From Obrimoposthia wandeli (lineage: Eukaryota): 64,000 bases of DNA. This document shows, one piece after another, positions 39,174 to 48,750 of the stretch. The DNA is taken from positions 4,030,001 through 4,094,000 of the forward strand of contig CDROCS010000253.1 in the NCBI GenBank assembly GCA_977020255.1. Direction: 5' to 3'. The notes beneath the pieces are model-generated. The model had not been told where the DNA came from, searched no databases, and was given only the letters and a program-made list of their open reading frames with translations. The position numbers and the translations under genes are program-made. Within the stretch, counting starts at the first letter, position 1; the number at the start of each line of letters is the position of its first letter.

Positions 39174-40619
39174 TTAAAGCTTAATAACAGCCATTTTATC
39201 CTGAGACATATCATGCATGGTATAAGCAATGCCGCCAGTATTATAACCAGACTGCTTACGTCCGGCGAAAGGCATCCAATCAACACGGAAAGCGGTATGG
39301 TCATTTACCATTACCGCAGTAGCTTCTAATTCACGTATTGCCTTCATTGCCACATCAAGATTTTTTGTGAACACCGAAGCTTGAAAAACATATTCCAACG
39401 AATTAGCTTGAGCAATGGCTTGCTCAATATCTTTATAACCATAAACACAAACGACGGGGCCAAAAATCTCCATGGTAGAAACTTTGGCATCGGCTGGTGG
39501 CTCAAGCAGTACCGTCGGTGTATAAGTAGTTTCTCCCAATCGTTTACCGCCCGTTACGAGTGTTGCGCCTGCTGCCACCGCTTCATCAACCCACTCGGCA
39601 ACACGATCAACTTCTTTAGGGCGAATAAGCGGACCACATTCAGTAAATTCATCAATAGCGTTACCGACAATAAGTTTTGCTGCGCCGTCAGCCAACAGTT
39701 GTGCAATAGCCTTTGCTTTATTTTTAGGTGCAAAAATACGCTGTACCGACACACACACTTGTCCTGAATGATAAAATCCGCCTTTTAGTAAACTTGGGAT
39801 CATCGCCTCAACATCGGCACTTTCTTCAATAATAACAGGAGCAACGCCACCATGTTCTAGTGCGCAACGCGTACCCGGTGCTAACTTAGAACGCAGCATC
39901 CAACCCACGTTAGCTGAACCAATAAAGCTGAAAAAGGCGACACGCGGGTCGGTGATCATTTTTTCAGAGGTCGGAATATCACAGGCAATAAAACGGCACC
40001 ATTGTGGCGGCAAGCCTGCTTCATGCAAAATATCAACAAATGCTTTACAGGATAATGGCGTATCTCGTGCGGGTTTAACTAACACCGGACAACCCGCCGC
40101 AATGGCTGGTGCAACTTGATGTACAATTAAGTTTAACGGATGATTAAATGCTGAAACAGCAACCACAACGCCAATAGGCTCTTTGCTAGTAAAGGCTATT
40201 CTACCCGCACCCGCTTGGGTTAAATCCATTGGTATTTGAGTACCCGTTAAGTTAGAAATTTCTTTAGCACAAAGCTCTACGCCATCAATAGCTCTGGTGA
40301 CTTCAACGCGCGCATCAACAAGCGGCTTTCCGCCTTCATTAGCGATCAAAAATGCTAATTCATCAGCTCTTTGTGAAATTAATACCGCTGCTTTTTTAAG
40401 AATTCTCACTCGCTCAAAAGCAGGAAGCCATTGATGACAGTCTTTAAAAAGTTGATGAGAAGTCTCTAAGTATTTATCAATATCATCCCACATTACTGTG
40501 GGTACCGATCCTATGTGGGTTTGATCATAAGGGTTAACAACGTTGAGTGTTGCAGATACCTTACTCTTGTCAGATACTTTGTTTTTTTTAGCTGTACTGC
40601 TTTTTTTTGAATTAACCAT
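39174..40619 (-). CDS. Aldehyde dehydrogenase family protein
   Basis: AFNHPLNL, KPA, FIGS, LEHGG, catalytic GQVCVS, EIFGPV, MPFAG. Confidence 0.9.
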   Translation of the reverse strand: MVNSKKSSTAKKNKVSDKSKVSATLNVVNPYDQTHIGSVPTVMWDDIDKYLETSHQLFKDCHQWLPAFERVRILKKAAVLISQRADELAFLIANEGGKPLVDARVEVTRAIDGVELCAKEISNLTGTQIPMDLTQAGAGRIAFTSKEPIGVVVAVSAFNHPLNLIVHQVAPAIAAGCPVLVKPARDTPLSCKAFVDILHEAGLPPQWCRFIACDIPTSEKMITDPRVAFFSFIGSANVGWMLRSKLAPGTRCALEHGGVAPVIIEESADVEAMIPSLLKGGFYHSGQVCVSVQRIFAPKNKAKAIAQLLADGAAKLIVGNAIDEFTECGPLIRPKEVDRVAEWVDEAVAAGATLVTGGKRLGETTYTPTVLLEPPADAKVSTMEIFGPVVCVYGYKDIEQAIAQANSLEYVFQASVFTKNLDVAMKAIRELEATAVMVNDHTAFRVDWMPFAGRKQSGYNTGGIAYTMHDMSQDKMAVIKL

Positions 40620-40679
40620 AATGCTGCTCTTTAATAAGTTGAAAGTCGCTTGCTAACAAGCGGGGTATAAATAATAGCG

Positions 40680-42338
40680 TTATATCAAACACACCTTTTT
40701 GGCCAATTCATCAATTAATACTTTTTGATTTTCAGAGTAATCAACCGGTAATTCCACAAGATGAACTCCCCCTGCTGAAAATGCTTTTTCATACGTAGGG
40801 ATCAGATCTTCAGCAGACATAACTCGATGCCCTGTTGCACCATAACTTTCTGCGTATTTAACAAAATCAGGATTACCAAATTCTAATCCCCAATCAGCAA
40901 AACCCGCACTGGCCTGCTTCCAACGGATCATGCCGTAAGAATTATCATTTAAAACGGTTACCACTAAGTTTAACCCTAAGCGAATGGCGGTTTCTAACTC
41001 TTGTGAATTCATCATAAAACCACCATCACCACAAATGGCCATAACCCGTTTGGTTGGATTTAACATGGCAGCCATCATACCTGAGGGTAAACCAGCTCCC
41101 ATGGTGGCAAGGGCATTATCAAGCAACACGGTATTGGGTTGATAAGCTTTATAATTACGGGCAAACCAAAGTTTATAAATGCCATTATCCAAAGCAATAA
41201 TATCGTTATCACTCATCACCTTGCGAATATCGGCAACAAATCGTTGTGGAATAATAGGAAAACGTGTGTCATCTGCCCCTTCCTCAATATGCTCATCAAT
41301 GGCAACTTTGATCATTTCAAAATAGCTGCGATCGAACTTAACTTCTCCGCCGAGCTTATCTTTTAATGCAGCAACGGAAGCGGCGAGATCGCCAATAATT
41401 TCTAGCTGTGGAAAATAAACTTGATCAACCTGCGCCGATTTATAATTAACATGAATAACCTTTTTCCCGCCTTCTTCCATAAAAAATGGCGGTTTTTCAA
41501 TAACATCATGACCAATATTAATAATTAAATCTGAACGTTCAATAGCACAATGTAAGTAATCACCAGCCGATAAAGCAGCTGTACCTAAAAACAGACTAGA
41601 GCGTTCATCAACAACACCTTTACCCATTTGCGTAACAAAAAAGGGAATACGGGTTGAATGAACAAAGTCACACAGTGCTGTGCGAACATTTTTACGATTC
41701 GCACCCGCGCCAATTAATATTAGCGGCATTTTAGCAGCCTTTATTAATGCAACAGCCTCTTCTAGCGGCACATTACTCGGACTAGCATAATAACGTTTAT
41801 GTGGTGTCATCACACTTTCAGTGCAATCTTCAGCAGCAATATCTTCAGGTAACTCTAACAGCACAGCACCGGGTCGCTCTTCTTCTGAAAGACGGAACGC
41901 TTCACGCACTAATGAGGGTATAGTGTCACCGTGCACAATTTGTTTAGACATCTTACAAATCGGCGCAAACAAACCAACCACATCAATAATTTGAAACTGT
42001 CCTTGTTTCGATTTTTTGATTGGCTTTTGTCCAGTAATCATAAGTAAAGGCATGCCACCTAAATGAGCATAAGCCGCAGGGGTTGATAAATTTGTTGCGC
42101 CAGGACCCAAGGTTGCCATACAAACACCTGTTTTACCGGTAAGACGACCATAGGTAGCCGCCATAAATCCCGCGCCTTGTTCATGGCGGGTCAAAACGAG
42201 CTTAATAGATGATTTGCGTAAAGATTCAACCATATCCAAGTTCTCTTCACCTGGCACAGCAAAGATATGGTCTACCCCTTCTGCTTCTAATGCTTGCACA
42301 AATAAATCAGATGCTTTTATCTTATTATTCTTACTCAT
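40680..42338 (-). CDS. ThDP-dependent acetolactate-synthase-like enzyme (large-subunit family, no small subunit nearby)
   Basis: TRHEQGAGFMA, GPGATN, ThDP motif GDGGFMMNSQELETA...NDNSYG. Confidence 0.88.
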   Translation of the reverse strand: MSKNNKIKASDLFVQALEAEGVDHIFAVPGEENLDMVESLRKSSIKLVLTRHEQGAGFMAATYGRLTGKTGVCMATLGPGATNLSTPAAYAHLGGMPLLMITGQKPIKKSKQGQFQIIDVVGLFAPICKMSKQIVHGDTIPSLVREAFRLSEEERPGAVLLELPEDIAAEDCTESVMTPHKRYYASPSNVPLEEAVALIKAAKMPLILIGAGANRKNVRTALCDFVHSTRIPFFVTQMGKGVVDERSSLFLGTAALSAGDYLHCAIERSDLIINIGHDVIEKPPFFMEEGGKKVIHVNYKSAQVDQVYFPQLEIIGDLAASVAALKDKLGGEVKFDRSYFEMIKVAIDEHIEEGADDTRFPIIPQRFVADIRKVMSDNDIIALDNGIYKLWFARNYKAYQPNTVLLDNALATMGAGLPSGMMAAMLNPTKRVMAICGDGGFMMNSQELETAIRLGLNLVVTVLNDNSYGMIRWKQASAGFADWGLEFGNPDFVKYAESYGATGHRVMSAEDLIPTYEKAFSAGGVHLVELPVDYSENQKVLIDELAKKVCLI

Positions 42339-42683
42339 AATTTTTCCCTAATCAGCCTATACATAACCGATAAAAGCCCACACAGGCTTTTAAAAAGAAT
42401 ATCAACCCATCATTAAATGTGATCTAAAGTGCCTTGTAATACGTTTAATGAAAGCGTAACTTTTGTCTACTATAAGATTCTAGACCATAGAGAAAATGCT
42501 TCCATCAATGTCGCTATTTAAGACTTACATTTAGCTAATGAATATACGCTGCGCCTGCATTTTTAATGATTACGGGTAGTTATTGTTCTATTGTGATGGA
42601 ATTGTGATAACTCAGTGATTAAATAGGGATATAGGTAGTTTATAATTTAGCTTAAGTTTAACAAATCAAGCTCACTTCAATGG

Positions 42684-44060
42684 TTGAGTCAGGATAAATT
42701 TATGAAAAATATATTGTTCATCATAGCTATCGCATTAGTCTCGGTACTTACCTTTTATGCTGTGGCACCAAAATCCACTGAGTATTCAGCTACAGGCTCA
42801 GCTCAAATTCAAAGTGATATCGAAAAAATGATGCCTAACTCATCAAACTCAACCAACAAAATGCCTGCAACCGCACATTTAGACACCATTGTATTAGGTG
42901 CTGGTTGTTTCTGGGGGGCAGAAAAAAGATATCAAGCCATTCCCGGTGTTGTTGATGCTATCTCTGGTTATGCCGACGGTAAAAATGTCAGTGCTAATTA
43001 TCGAGAAATTACCAAGCGAAAGAATAAGTTCAATGCAAATAACCATGCAGAAGTAGTTAAAGTCGTTTTTAATCGCTCAATGGTCAGCTTGGAAACTATT
43101 TTACATAGTTACTATGAAGGACATAATCCAACGCAACTTAATCGTCAAGGCAATGATGTTGGCACGCAATACCGTTCAACTATTTTAACGAGTAATGAAC
43201 AACAAAATGAAGTAGCACTAAAAGTAACGGCGCAATATCAACAATTATTAACTGACGCTGGTTATGGAAAAATAGAAACAAAAATCAGCTCACTGACTGA
43301 GTTTTTTGAAGCTGAGCAATATCACCAAGATTACTTAGTCAAAAATCCAAAGGGTTACTGCCCAGATCACTCTACTGGCGTTAAATTTAATGCAGATGCA
43401 AATAAATCGATACTCGCTAATCAAAAAATTGACAACACCCCCTTACTAAAAGGCAAACATATTGTTGTTATTGAATCAGAAAACTATTGCCCTTACTGTG
43501 AGAAATTCAAAAAGAATGTCGCTAATGATTACCAAGGCACTATTGCTATAAACTTTCGTTTAGCTAGCCAACTTAAAGGCCTAACCATTAAGACTGAAAC
43601 TTGGGCGACTCCCACTATTATATTTATTGAAGACGGTGAAGAAGTCTTTGGTAAGCAAGGATACATGAGCCCTGAGTATTTTTATAAAGCATTAGGTGCT
43701 TTTAAATTAGGAAAGAGTGAAGCCTTTAATGTCGCGTTTGATGAAGGAACCGATGGACGTTTTTGTAAAGAATATGAAATATTCAAGAACACACCCGACG
43801 GTGTTTTTATAGACAAGCTTAGCGGCGCACCATTATTTGATACTGACGACCGTTTTAACTCCGCGTCTGGTTGGTTATCTTTTACTAAAGCGGTTGATGG
43901 TTCAGTGATTGAAAAGCCTGATAACCGTTACGGTATGGTACGCACAGAAATTCGCTCTAAAACGTCCGGTATTCATTTGGGTCACGTATTTCCAGATGGT
44001 CCGAATGGACAACCAAGATTTTGTATTAACGCCACGGTATTAGAGTTCAAAGCAAGATAG
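42684..44060 (+). CDS. Exported MsrA-thioredoxin-like-MsrB three-domain fusion
   Basis: N-terminal hydrophobic anchor; MsrA GAGCFWG...AEQYHQDY..GYC; central CPYC / WATPT; MsrB GWLSF, RTEIRS, HLGHVF, RFCIN. Confidence 0.85.
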   Translation: MSQDKFMKNILFIIAIALVSVLTFYAVAPKSTEYSATGSAQIQSDIEKMMPNSSNSTNKMPATAHLDTIVLGAGCFWGAEKRYQAIPGVVDAISGYADGKNVSANYREITKRKNKFNANNHAEVVKVVFNRSMVSLETILHSYYEGHNPTQLNRQGNDVGTQYRSTILTSNEQQNEVALKVTAQYQQLLTDAGYGKIETKISSLTEFFEAEQYHQDYLVKNPKGYCPDHSTGVKFNADANKSILANQKIDNTPLLKGKHIVVIESENYCPYCEKFKKNVANDYQGTIAINFRLASQLKGLTIKTETWATPTIIFIEDGEEVFGKQGYMSPEYFYKALGAFKLGKSEAFNVAFDEGTDGRFCKEYEIFKNTPDGVFIDKLSGAPLFDTDDRFNSASGWLSFTKAVDGSVIEKPDNRYGMVRTEIRSKTSGIHLGHVFPDGPNGQPRFCINATVLEFKAR

Positions 44061-44088
44061 TAGTCTTAGAATCACGTTTAGTTTTAAG

Positions 44089-45723
44089 TTAGCGAACGCC
44101 GTGCATACCCCGCTTTAATAGTGGTGATATCAGTAAAAGAACTATGCCTGTACCAATGCCAATCCACATTAAAAACTCAAACAACTGTGTATAAATCATA
44201 AGATTGTCACTAACACTAGCAAGCTCACCACTTTGGGTATCAATGGCCGCTAATTTTCCTAAACGCATGGCCAGCGTTTCAGATAGCGCCGTGGCCAAAA
44301 ACCACACGCCCATTGATAAACCTACCACACGGTGTATAGCAAGCTTAGTCACTGCCGAAAGACCTACCGGAGAAAGACACAACTCACCCGTAGTATGAAT
44401 GAAATAAGCTAAAACTAACCACCATAAACTGATTTTCCCAGCCTCATTAGGAAATTGTGCCCCTATAACCAAAACGCCAAAACCTAAACCCGCTTGAATA
44501 ATACCTAAAGCAAATTTTATCGGAATATTAGGATTTAGCCGAAACTTCTCTAACCATACCCACAACGCAGCAAAAGGTAAGGCCAACATAATAATAAAAC
44601 CTGCATTGAGAGCGCCAAATTGACCCGCAGTTATCTCAATGCCAGCAATATTTCTCTCAACGACTCTGTCAGCAAATAACGTCATCGACCCCGCTGCTTG
44701 CTCAAACAAGGCCCAAAAAACGATGGTAGAACCAATTAACACCATCAGCACCAGCATTTGCTGGAACTCTTCCCTGCTGCCTTTTAATGCCGCATAAGCG
44801 ATTAACCCTACGCCCGAAACAATCAATAAAACCTGCTGAGCCGCAAAAACTACTGGTTCATGTTGAATAACCAGCCAAAATACCGACAAACTTAAAATAG
44901 CCGTTAAATAGATTAAGTACTCTCGACTAATCAAACCCCAAACTTTCTCGCTCAATACGGCAACATCTGGTGGCTCTGCCAAACCACGTAAATATTTAAG
45001 GCCCTTAGTAAACGTCACTAAACCAAATAACATGCCTATGCCAGCAGCACCAAAACCGTAACGCCATCCGTAGGTTTCCCCTAAGTAAACACAAATAATA
45101 GTGGCGGCAAAAGAGCCAAGATTAATGCCCATATAAAAAATGGTAAAACCCGAATCTCTACGGGGATCGTCTTTACTATAGAGTTGACCCACTATGGTAG
45201 AAATATTGGGTTTTAAAAAACCAACGCCAACAACAATAAGCGATAGTGCAAAATAGAAAACATTCAGCGCCGCTAAATCTTGAATTTTAATCGTTTCTGT
45301 TAAGAGCGTCCCCGCACTAAGTACCGCGCCATTATTAAGGGTGAGGTCTGACGTTAAAATGGTACCTGCCGCATATTGAACCGCTTGATGGCCTTCAACA
45401 GCCATCAATAAATGCCCTAAACAAAGTAAGGTTCCACCGAATATAACTGACTTTTTCATGCCAAGGTAGCGATCGGCTAACATGCCGCCTATCACGGGCA
45501 AGGTGTAAACTAAACCAGCATATGAGCCTAATACTTCCAGACCTTCTCCGTCAGAGAATAGATGGTATTTAGTTAAATATAAGAGCAGCAAATACTTCAT
45601 ACCATAGAATGAAAATCGCTCCCATAGTTCAGTAGCAAAACAAATATACAAACCTTTAGGGTGACCAAATAATTCATCTGTATTGACTTGTTTATCAATA
45701 TCAATGTTATCTGTCTTATCCAT
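44089..45723 (-). CDS. POT/PTR-family proton-dependent peptide transporter
   Basis: GHPKGL..ELWERFSFYGM, FLKPNIS, RDSGFTIFYMGINLG, ELCLSPVGLS; start likely MDKTD (ORF track gives 45774). Confidence 0.92.
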   Translation of the reverse strand: MDKTDNIDIDKQVNTDELFGHPKGLYICFATELWERFSFYGMKYLLLLYLTKYHLFSDGEGLEVLGSYAGLVYTLPVIGGMLADRYLGMKKSVIFGGTLLCLGHLLMAVEGHQAVQYAAGTILTSDLTLNNGAVLSAGTLLTETIKIQDLAALNVFYFALSLIVVGVGFLKPNISTIVGQLYSKDDPRRDSGFTIFYMGINLGSFAATIICVYLGETYGWRYGFGAAGIGMLFGLVTFTKGLKYLRGLAEPPDVAVLSEKVWGLISREYLIYLTAILSLSVFWLVIQHEPVVFAAQQVLLIVSGVGLIAYAALKGSREEFQQMLVLMVLIGSTIVFWALFEQAAGSMTLFADRVVERNIAGIEITAGQFGALNAGFIIMLALPFAALWVWLEKFRLNPNIPIKFALGIIQAGLGFGVLVIGAQFPNEAGKISLWWLVLAYFIHTTGELCLSPVGLSAVTKLAIHRVVGLSMGVWFLATALSETLAMRLGKLAAIDTQSGELASVSDNLMIYTQLFEFLMWIGIGTGIVLLLISPLLKRGMHGVR

Positions 45724-45905
45724 ATGTTTACCATGCCTTGCAACAGAAAAAGTCATAGAATAAGTATAGAGCAATTCATCGCCAGCGCATTACTAAGTCC
45801 AAAGCCGAAGGTTTTATAAGCGCAGCGTAAAAATCGACTTTGGCTTGTAGAATGTTTATTAATTCTAATATAACATGGCGCCAAATAACGTGAAGTAGTC
45901 TACTT

Positions 45906-46280
45906 ATGTCCGCAGTACAGGAATATATTAAATTAAAGTGTAGTGATTGTGAACACTACAAAAAAGTCGAAGTTTCAGGTAAAAGAATGGTCTTACAATG
46001 CACAACCCCCGATGCATTCAAAGAAGATCAGGGAGCCACAAAAGTCGGATACATCAATTCCAATATAGCTAGGCGCTTTGAGAAGTATTGTGGAAAAAAT
46101 GCGTTTTACTTTCTCGAAAAAGCACCTGAACCTGAACCCGAGCCAAAAGAAACGTTAAGCTGGAAAACTTTTGCCAAGGCAATTTTAGGTAGTGACAACA
46201 AAGAAATAATCGTCGGACTTTTCACAAAAGGGCTTATTTTTCTAGTTATTACAGTCATTTTAATTCTTGCTATTTTTTAG
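45906..46280 (+). CDS. Hypothetical protein (CxxC, C-terminal TM helix)
   Basis: 124-aa ORF, KCSDC...C...C and a hydrophobic tail; 3' end overlaps the MaoC gene tail-to-tail. Confidence 0.5.
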   Translation: MSAVQEYIKLKCSDCEHYKKVEVSGKRMVLQCTTPDAFKEDQGATKVGYINSNIARRFEKYCGKNAFYFLEKAPEPEPEPKETLSWKTFAKAILGSDNKEIIVGLFTKGLIFLVITVILILAIF

Positions 46281-46686
46281 GCGGCATCACTGTTGCTACC
46301 CCAGTAACGACCACATCGCCATGTTGATTAACTAAACTGCAATGTAATTTAACAATGTTTTTGTCTTTGATAATCTCAATAACTTCACACATTGCAGTTA
46401 CTGTATCATCGATAAAAACAGGCGCTTTAAATTTACTTTCTTGCCCCAGATATATTGTGCCTTCTCCCGGTAACTTCTCTCCTAACAACGCCGAAATAGT
46501 GCTTAATACAAACGCGCCATGAACAACGCGTTGACCGAACACACTATTTTTTGCTGCAATGTCATTAATATGTACGGGATTCTTATCTCCAGAAATTTCC
46601 GCAAATAACATCACATCGGAATTGGAAAAGGTTTTTTCGAAATGATCTTTTTGACCTAAATGTAACTGCTCAATTGTAAAAGACAA
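46270..46686 (-). CDS. MaoC/PhaJ-family (R)-specific enoyl-CoA hydratase
   Basis: FAEISGDKNPVH, RVVHG, LPGEGTIYLGQ..KF.APVFIDD. Confidence 0.9.
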   Translation of the reverse strand: MSFTIEQLHLGQKDHFEKTFSNSDVMLFAEISGDKNPVHINDIAAKNSVFGQRVVHGAFVLSTISALLGEKLPGEGTIYLGQESKFKAPVFIDDTVTAMCEVIEIIKDKNIVKLHCSLVNQHGDVVVTGVATVMPPKK

Positions 46687-46834
46687 ATTAACTCCTTTAA
46701 TTCATACAATAACCATAAATAAAGCGATAACCGCTTAATATGGAGTCTTATCAGTAATATCCATCTGATAACTATTTATTAGTATAATATCCCATAGTTT
46801 CATAGTTTTATAAACTACAGAGCTGGTTTATTAC

Positions 46835-46902
46835 GTAGGTCGAGCTTGCCTCGACAAAATTCGTATGAGCTGTCGGACCTCGCTACGCTCGTGACGACCT
46901 AC
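46835..46902. repeat. Inverted GTAG-type REP doublet (REPIN-like)
   Basis: GTAG-GTCGAG-CTTGC-CTCGAC on +; GTAG-GTCG...CCGAC on - ending at 46902. Confidence 0.6.
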
Positions 46903-46946
46903 AAAAGCTAAGGTGATTTCTTTCCTACTGCGTCCTAAAGGCAACG

Positions 46947-46987
46947 GCTAGCTAAAGCTACTCATCTAAAGATGAGGGTTTTAACCC
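46947..46987. mobile_element. Possible IS200/IS605-type end relic
   Basis: AGCTAAAGCTA-CTCATCT-AA-AGATGAG-GGTTTTAACCC: a perfect subterminal hairpin plus an AGCTTTAGCT-like motif reminiscent of IS200 ends; no tnpA. Confidence 0.35.
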
Positions 46988-47186
46988 TACGTTCGGACTA
47001 ATAATATGGGTATAAGTCAATGAAATGAATTTTGTTCAAAAGTAGCAAAGCTATAAGCTCCCTCATTTTTATAATTATCGCTATACTTTTACGGCTATCC
47101 AACTCAAAATAACACCCTAAGCTGATTTACCTGATAGCATTTTGCTTGAAAGTAAGGTGTTAGCACTTATTATTTTAATAAAAATC

Positions 47187-47346
47187 ATACCCGTTTCATT
47201 AAATTTGTAATCTTGTTGTACGTAGAAAAATATTTCAGGGCAAGGCGATCGATTGAGTAATAGCAGGCTATTAGGATTGAGAGCAACGCCGACATGGGCT
47301 ATTTTAACCAGTACAAGTAAGTAATAATTAAATCAAATTGATATTA
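47187..47346. mobile_element. Degenerate ~160-bp ERIC-like MITE
   Basis: Starts ATACCCG; core CAAGGCG..GATTGAGTAATAGC..GCTATT..GCAACG; degenerate right end; core shared with 1551-1579. Confidence 0.55.
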
Positions 47347-47360
47347 GATAAGGCCAGAGT

Positions 47361-48680
47361 TTGAAAGTTATCCTAAAACGCACATTTTATATTTTATGTT
47401 CATTCATCATTTTAATCTTTGCGCTAATATTACTCGCATTACAATCATCACCACATATAAAAAAAATTCACCAAATTGATGCTAATTTTGCCGCCGAAAA
47501 CAAAAAAACATTACAACGCATTATTCAAACGATTAAATCAAAAAATCAGCCGGTATTATTAAGTGTTACCCAACATGAAATGGATGGTCTCACTGCTCTA
47601 GGCCACCGTGCTATTCCACAGCTTACGTCAAACATTGTACTGATAGCAGGCAAAGGTTTTTTCCGATTTTCCGTTGAGTTACCCTTACCTAACTTTATTC
47701 GTTTTTTAAACCTTGAGATTATCTTAAATACTTCTCAAACTGGATTAGATCTCGACACAGCCTATATAGGTAGCATTCCAATACCCGGTAATTGGTTAAT
47801 TTCGATAGGTGAATTAGTCAGCAATACCTACATTGAAAAAGAGTTTGGCACGTCTTTATTAAAAAGTGTTTCTAACATTGAAATTTTGCCTTCAAGTTTA
47901 CACGTTAAGATTCAAATGCCCGAAAGTCTGAATAACAAAAAGAAAAGCGCTAAAGCATCGTTATTTGCATTACGTGACCAATTAGCATTATTTGGCGATG
48001 TTGACGATATTCGCTTTTATCACCAATCATTACTCAACTTTATTGCAACCAATAACAATAAAAAATCGCTAACCGCTTATATTGCTCATGTATTTTCAGC
48101 CGCTAAAAAACGTAGTGCCATTTCAGGTGCACAAGCCGCTGTAGAAAATAAAGCCGCGTTAACGGCATTAGTTTTGTATTTTGGTACAGATGAATTTGAA
48201 TTACTTATTGGTGACATCTCACATTACTCATCAAAACAAGCCTTACAGCGAACAAAATTACAAAATAGTGTCACCTTAAGAGATCGAGCTGATATTCAAA
48301 AGCACTTTATTTACTCCATTGCTTTACAACTATTTGGTAGTAGCGATGCAAGTGATGCTATTGGTGAACTAAAAGAATTTTTAGACTCAAATAAAGGTGG
48401 CAGTGGTTTTAGCTTTGCCGATTTAATGGCTGATCGCGCAGGAACAAGATTAGCGATGATATCAACCCAATCAAATAAAAGTGCTTTATTAGTACAAGCC
48501 CATTTAGCACAAACAAAGAGTGAGTCGGCTATCATTCCAACATTAGCAAAATTACCCGAAGGGATAACGCAACAAGCATTTAAAAAGCACTACCAAAATA
48601 TACAGTCTAAAAATTATATTGCGATGTTAAACCATATCGACGAGCAACTATTACAAATACCCTTATATCAAATTCAATAA
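47361..48680 (+). CDS. Conserved hypothetical membrane-anchored protein
   Basis: N-terminal TM helix; C-terminal DIQKHFIYS..GELKE..DS..GGSGFSFADLMADRAG motif; function unknown. Confidence 0.75.
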   Translation: MKVILKRTFYILCSFIILIFALILLALQSSPHIKKIHQIDANFAAENKKTLQRIIQTIKSKNQPVLLSVTQHEMDGLTALGHRAIPQLTSNIVLIAGKGFFRFSVELPLPNFIRFLNLEIILNTSQTGLDLDTAYIGSIPIPGNWLISIGELVSNTYIEKEFGTSLLKSVSNIEILPSSLHVKIQMPESLNNKKKSAKASLFALRDQLALFGDVDDIRFYHQSLLNFIATNNNKKSLTAYIAHVFSAAKKRSAISGAQAAVENKAALTALVLYFGTDEFELLIGDISHYSSKQALQRTKLQNSVTLRDRADIQKHFIYSIALQLFGSSDASDAIGELKEFLDSNKGGSGFSFADLMADRAGTRLAMISTQSNKSALLVQAHLAQTKSESAIIPTLAKLPEGITQQAFKKHYQNIQSKNYIAMLNHIDEQLLQIPLYQIQ

Positions 48681-48750
48681 CTTACGATAAATTACAATAA
48701 TTAAAAATGGTAACCTACCACTAATAAAGCACTAAATTAAAAGGATTTTC

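Noticed and set aside
38115-44060. Selenocysteine-containing Msr enzymes
   Set aside because: All catalytic positions are Cys codons; no in-frame TGA seen.
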